IMG/VR virus record: IMGVR_UViG_3300021181_000006 | Coordinates: 64,001-128,000 of that record | From: a virus | Length of the DNA stretch: 64,000 nt | Strand: one strand, 5' to 3' | Shown here: in pieces, positions 62,591-64,000 of the stretch | Layout of the letters: every line of letters begins with the position of its first letter | Numbering within the stretch: the first letter of the stretch is position 1 | The notes under the pieces: generated by a model | Told to the model about the DNA's origin: nothing | Databases searched by the model: none | Seen by the model: only the letters and a program-made list of their open reading frames with translations | Position numbers and translations under genes: made by a program

Positions 62591-63292
62591 ATGAAAACCA
62601 TTCACGAAGTCAGTACGGAACTCCATATGGAGATCAGCGATCTTGGATCGTTGATCTCCAATGGTCGTATAGCTCGACCTACCAGAGCCAATAACCAATG
62701 GTTGTTCTCTGAAGACAATATTAAAGAAATCAGAAGCATCGCTCCAGATCTTCTTCCTTCCTATCAACGTTTATTCCGTCAGAAAGCCTTCTGGGCTCAT
62801 AAAGTGGATGGCGTGACCATCCATCCCACAGTGATTGCTCTGGCACGAGCAGCCTGTGAAAATAGTACTCTCTTTGAGAATAATAAAACTATTCTTGTCA
62901 GGGACTATCCAGACCAGTTCGTTGCTTACGCGAGAAGCGTGAATCCTGCTGACATCAGCGTCGAAGAGCGACGTGTCTTTAGGGCTATCCAGCTTGCCTG
63001 TGAAGGAGCTGTTGAATTTAATAACGCTTTAGGGCTTGTTCATGAAGATAAGCTCATTTCTACCCATCAACTCGCTGTACTCTGTGGCACGCATGATAGT
63101 ACCATCCGTAATTTGTGGAAAGAGCGTCGCGTAGCCCCTACTACCATGTCTCAATCCAATGCTCTGCTCTGGCGTGTTGACAACACACTTATTACTGCTA
63201 TAAAGCGATTCCTTGCACGCGAAGGAGATCTACCTCCCCAGCAATTTAGTGCACGGAAGGATATCGTTCATTTTCACATCGAATCAACCTGA
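62591..63292 (+). CDS. Putative DNA-binding protein with two HTH-like domains
   Basis: N-terminal MerR/excisionase-like HTH followed by WLFSE.NI; second ISTHQLAVLCGTHDSTIRN segment. Confidence 0.55.
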   Translation: MKTIHEVSTELHMEISDLGSLISNGRIARPTRANNQWLFSEDNIKEIRSIAPDLLPSYQRLFRQKAFWAHKVDGVTIHPTVIALARAACENSTLFENNKTILVRDYPDQFVAYARSVNPADISVEERRVFRAIQLACEGAVEFNNALGLVHEDKLISTHQLAVLCGTHDSTIRNLWKERRVAPTTMSQSNALLWRVDNTLITAIKRFLAREGDLPPQQFSARKDIVHFHIEST

Positions 63293-63303
63293 AGGAGTCA
63301 ACT

Positions 63304-63807
63304 ATGACCACCCCACTCGTTAAGTATGTTTATCATAATATGATCACTGGCCATAATCTGGCCTATGGCTTTACCGTTCCAGACGACAAGTCTAAAGGCG
63401 GAACAATCGCTGTTGGTTTCGCTTTTGGTTCGCCAAAAGACTCTTTCAGCCGTAAAAAGGCGAGAGCTATTATCGCTTCTTTCATGGTATCTCGTCCTAT
63501 TGTCCTGGTGCAGCAACCTGGCCGTCACATCCTGGATGTTATTGGTGACTACATCAATAGCATTGATTTCCACCAGATCATGCCTCCATCATGGCAGGGT
63601 AAGTTCAAGGGCGGATTACGTCAGCGCAAGGTCATTGTTCTGACTGAGGTCAGTGAGGGTTATCCCCGTGTCGATGGATCGGCACAGCGTCTCATGGAAT
63701 GGCCTATTACCGATGTTCCTATCCGTATCCATCGTGATGACTGGGTAGCTGCTACCAAGGTAGACGCTGCTGGCAATGTCATTCCAGAGGCGGTAGCATC
63801 GCAATGA
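63304..63807 (+). CDS. Hypothetical protein
   Basis: 167-aa ORF; AAGGAG RBS. Confidence 0.65.
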   Translation: MTTPLVKYVYHNMITGHNLAYGFTVPDDKSKGGTIAVGFAFGSPKDSFSRKKARAIIASFMVSRPIVLVQQPGRHILDVIGDYINSIDFHQIMPPSWQGKFKGGLRQRKVIVLTEVSEGYPRVDGSAQRLMEWPITDVPIRIHRDDWVAATKVDAAGNVIPEAVASQ

Positions 63808-64000
63808 TATACCCACGCCTAATGGCGGTGGTTATACTCATTTTGGTTTATTTGCCACCAGCAACTTCGTTTTCTAATGAAGATGAGTTCATATCGGTAA
63901 CACCACGTGCTCAACATGTGGCGTTACCGGTACAGATTCAGATTCCTAAGATTACACCTATTATATATACAGTTTTTGATGGAGAAACATTTGCAGTCTT

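Noticed and set aside
1-64000. CRISPR array, or retron/DGR system
   Set aside because: No direct repeats with regular unique spacers, and no cas or reverse-transcriptase motifs were seen.
1-64000. Stop-codon reassignment, as in some large phages
   Set aside because: Conserved genes are full length in the standard code, end at TAA, TAG and TGA alike, and no suppressor tRNA (CTA/TCA/TTA) was found.

Overview
This window is part of a large (jumbo-type) dsDNA phage genome, roughly 40% GC by eye. Genes are densely packed and almost all on the + strand, and the standard code fits. No virion structural genes, integrase or CRISPR array were recognised. Recognisable genes cover DNA and nucleotide metabolism (dimeric dUTPase, DinG-type and SNF2 helicases, VRR-NUC nuclease, dNMP kinase, NrdB/NrdA, 5'-nucleotidase, MazG-like protein), a compact sigma-70 factor, and RNA repair/translation functions (DRB0094-type RNA ligase, cyclic-phosphate receiver domain, Pth2, an L7/L12-like domain). 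About 20 tRNA or tRNA-like genes are present; two are split by group I introns that carry different homing endonucleases. The most striking element is an apparently complete prokaryotic ubiquitin-like conjugation locus at 21.3-26.6 kb: a Ubl ending in GTKG, an E2-like protein, a JAB protease, an E1/ThiF enzyme and Zn-ribbon proteins. It lies directly downstream of a vWA gene whose likely MoxR AAA+ partner sits 3 kb upstream. Other notable features are a short motif shared by about 35 otherwise dissimilar small proteins, several candidate structured ncRNAs, a tRNA-like RNA with an 8-bp acceptor stem and an extended anticodon arm, and an AT-rich palindrome cluster that may be an origin. All calls come from motif reading only; no searches or folding were run.
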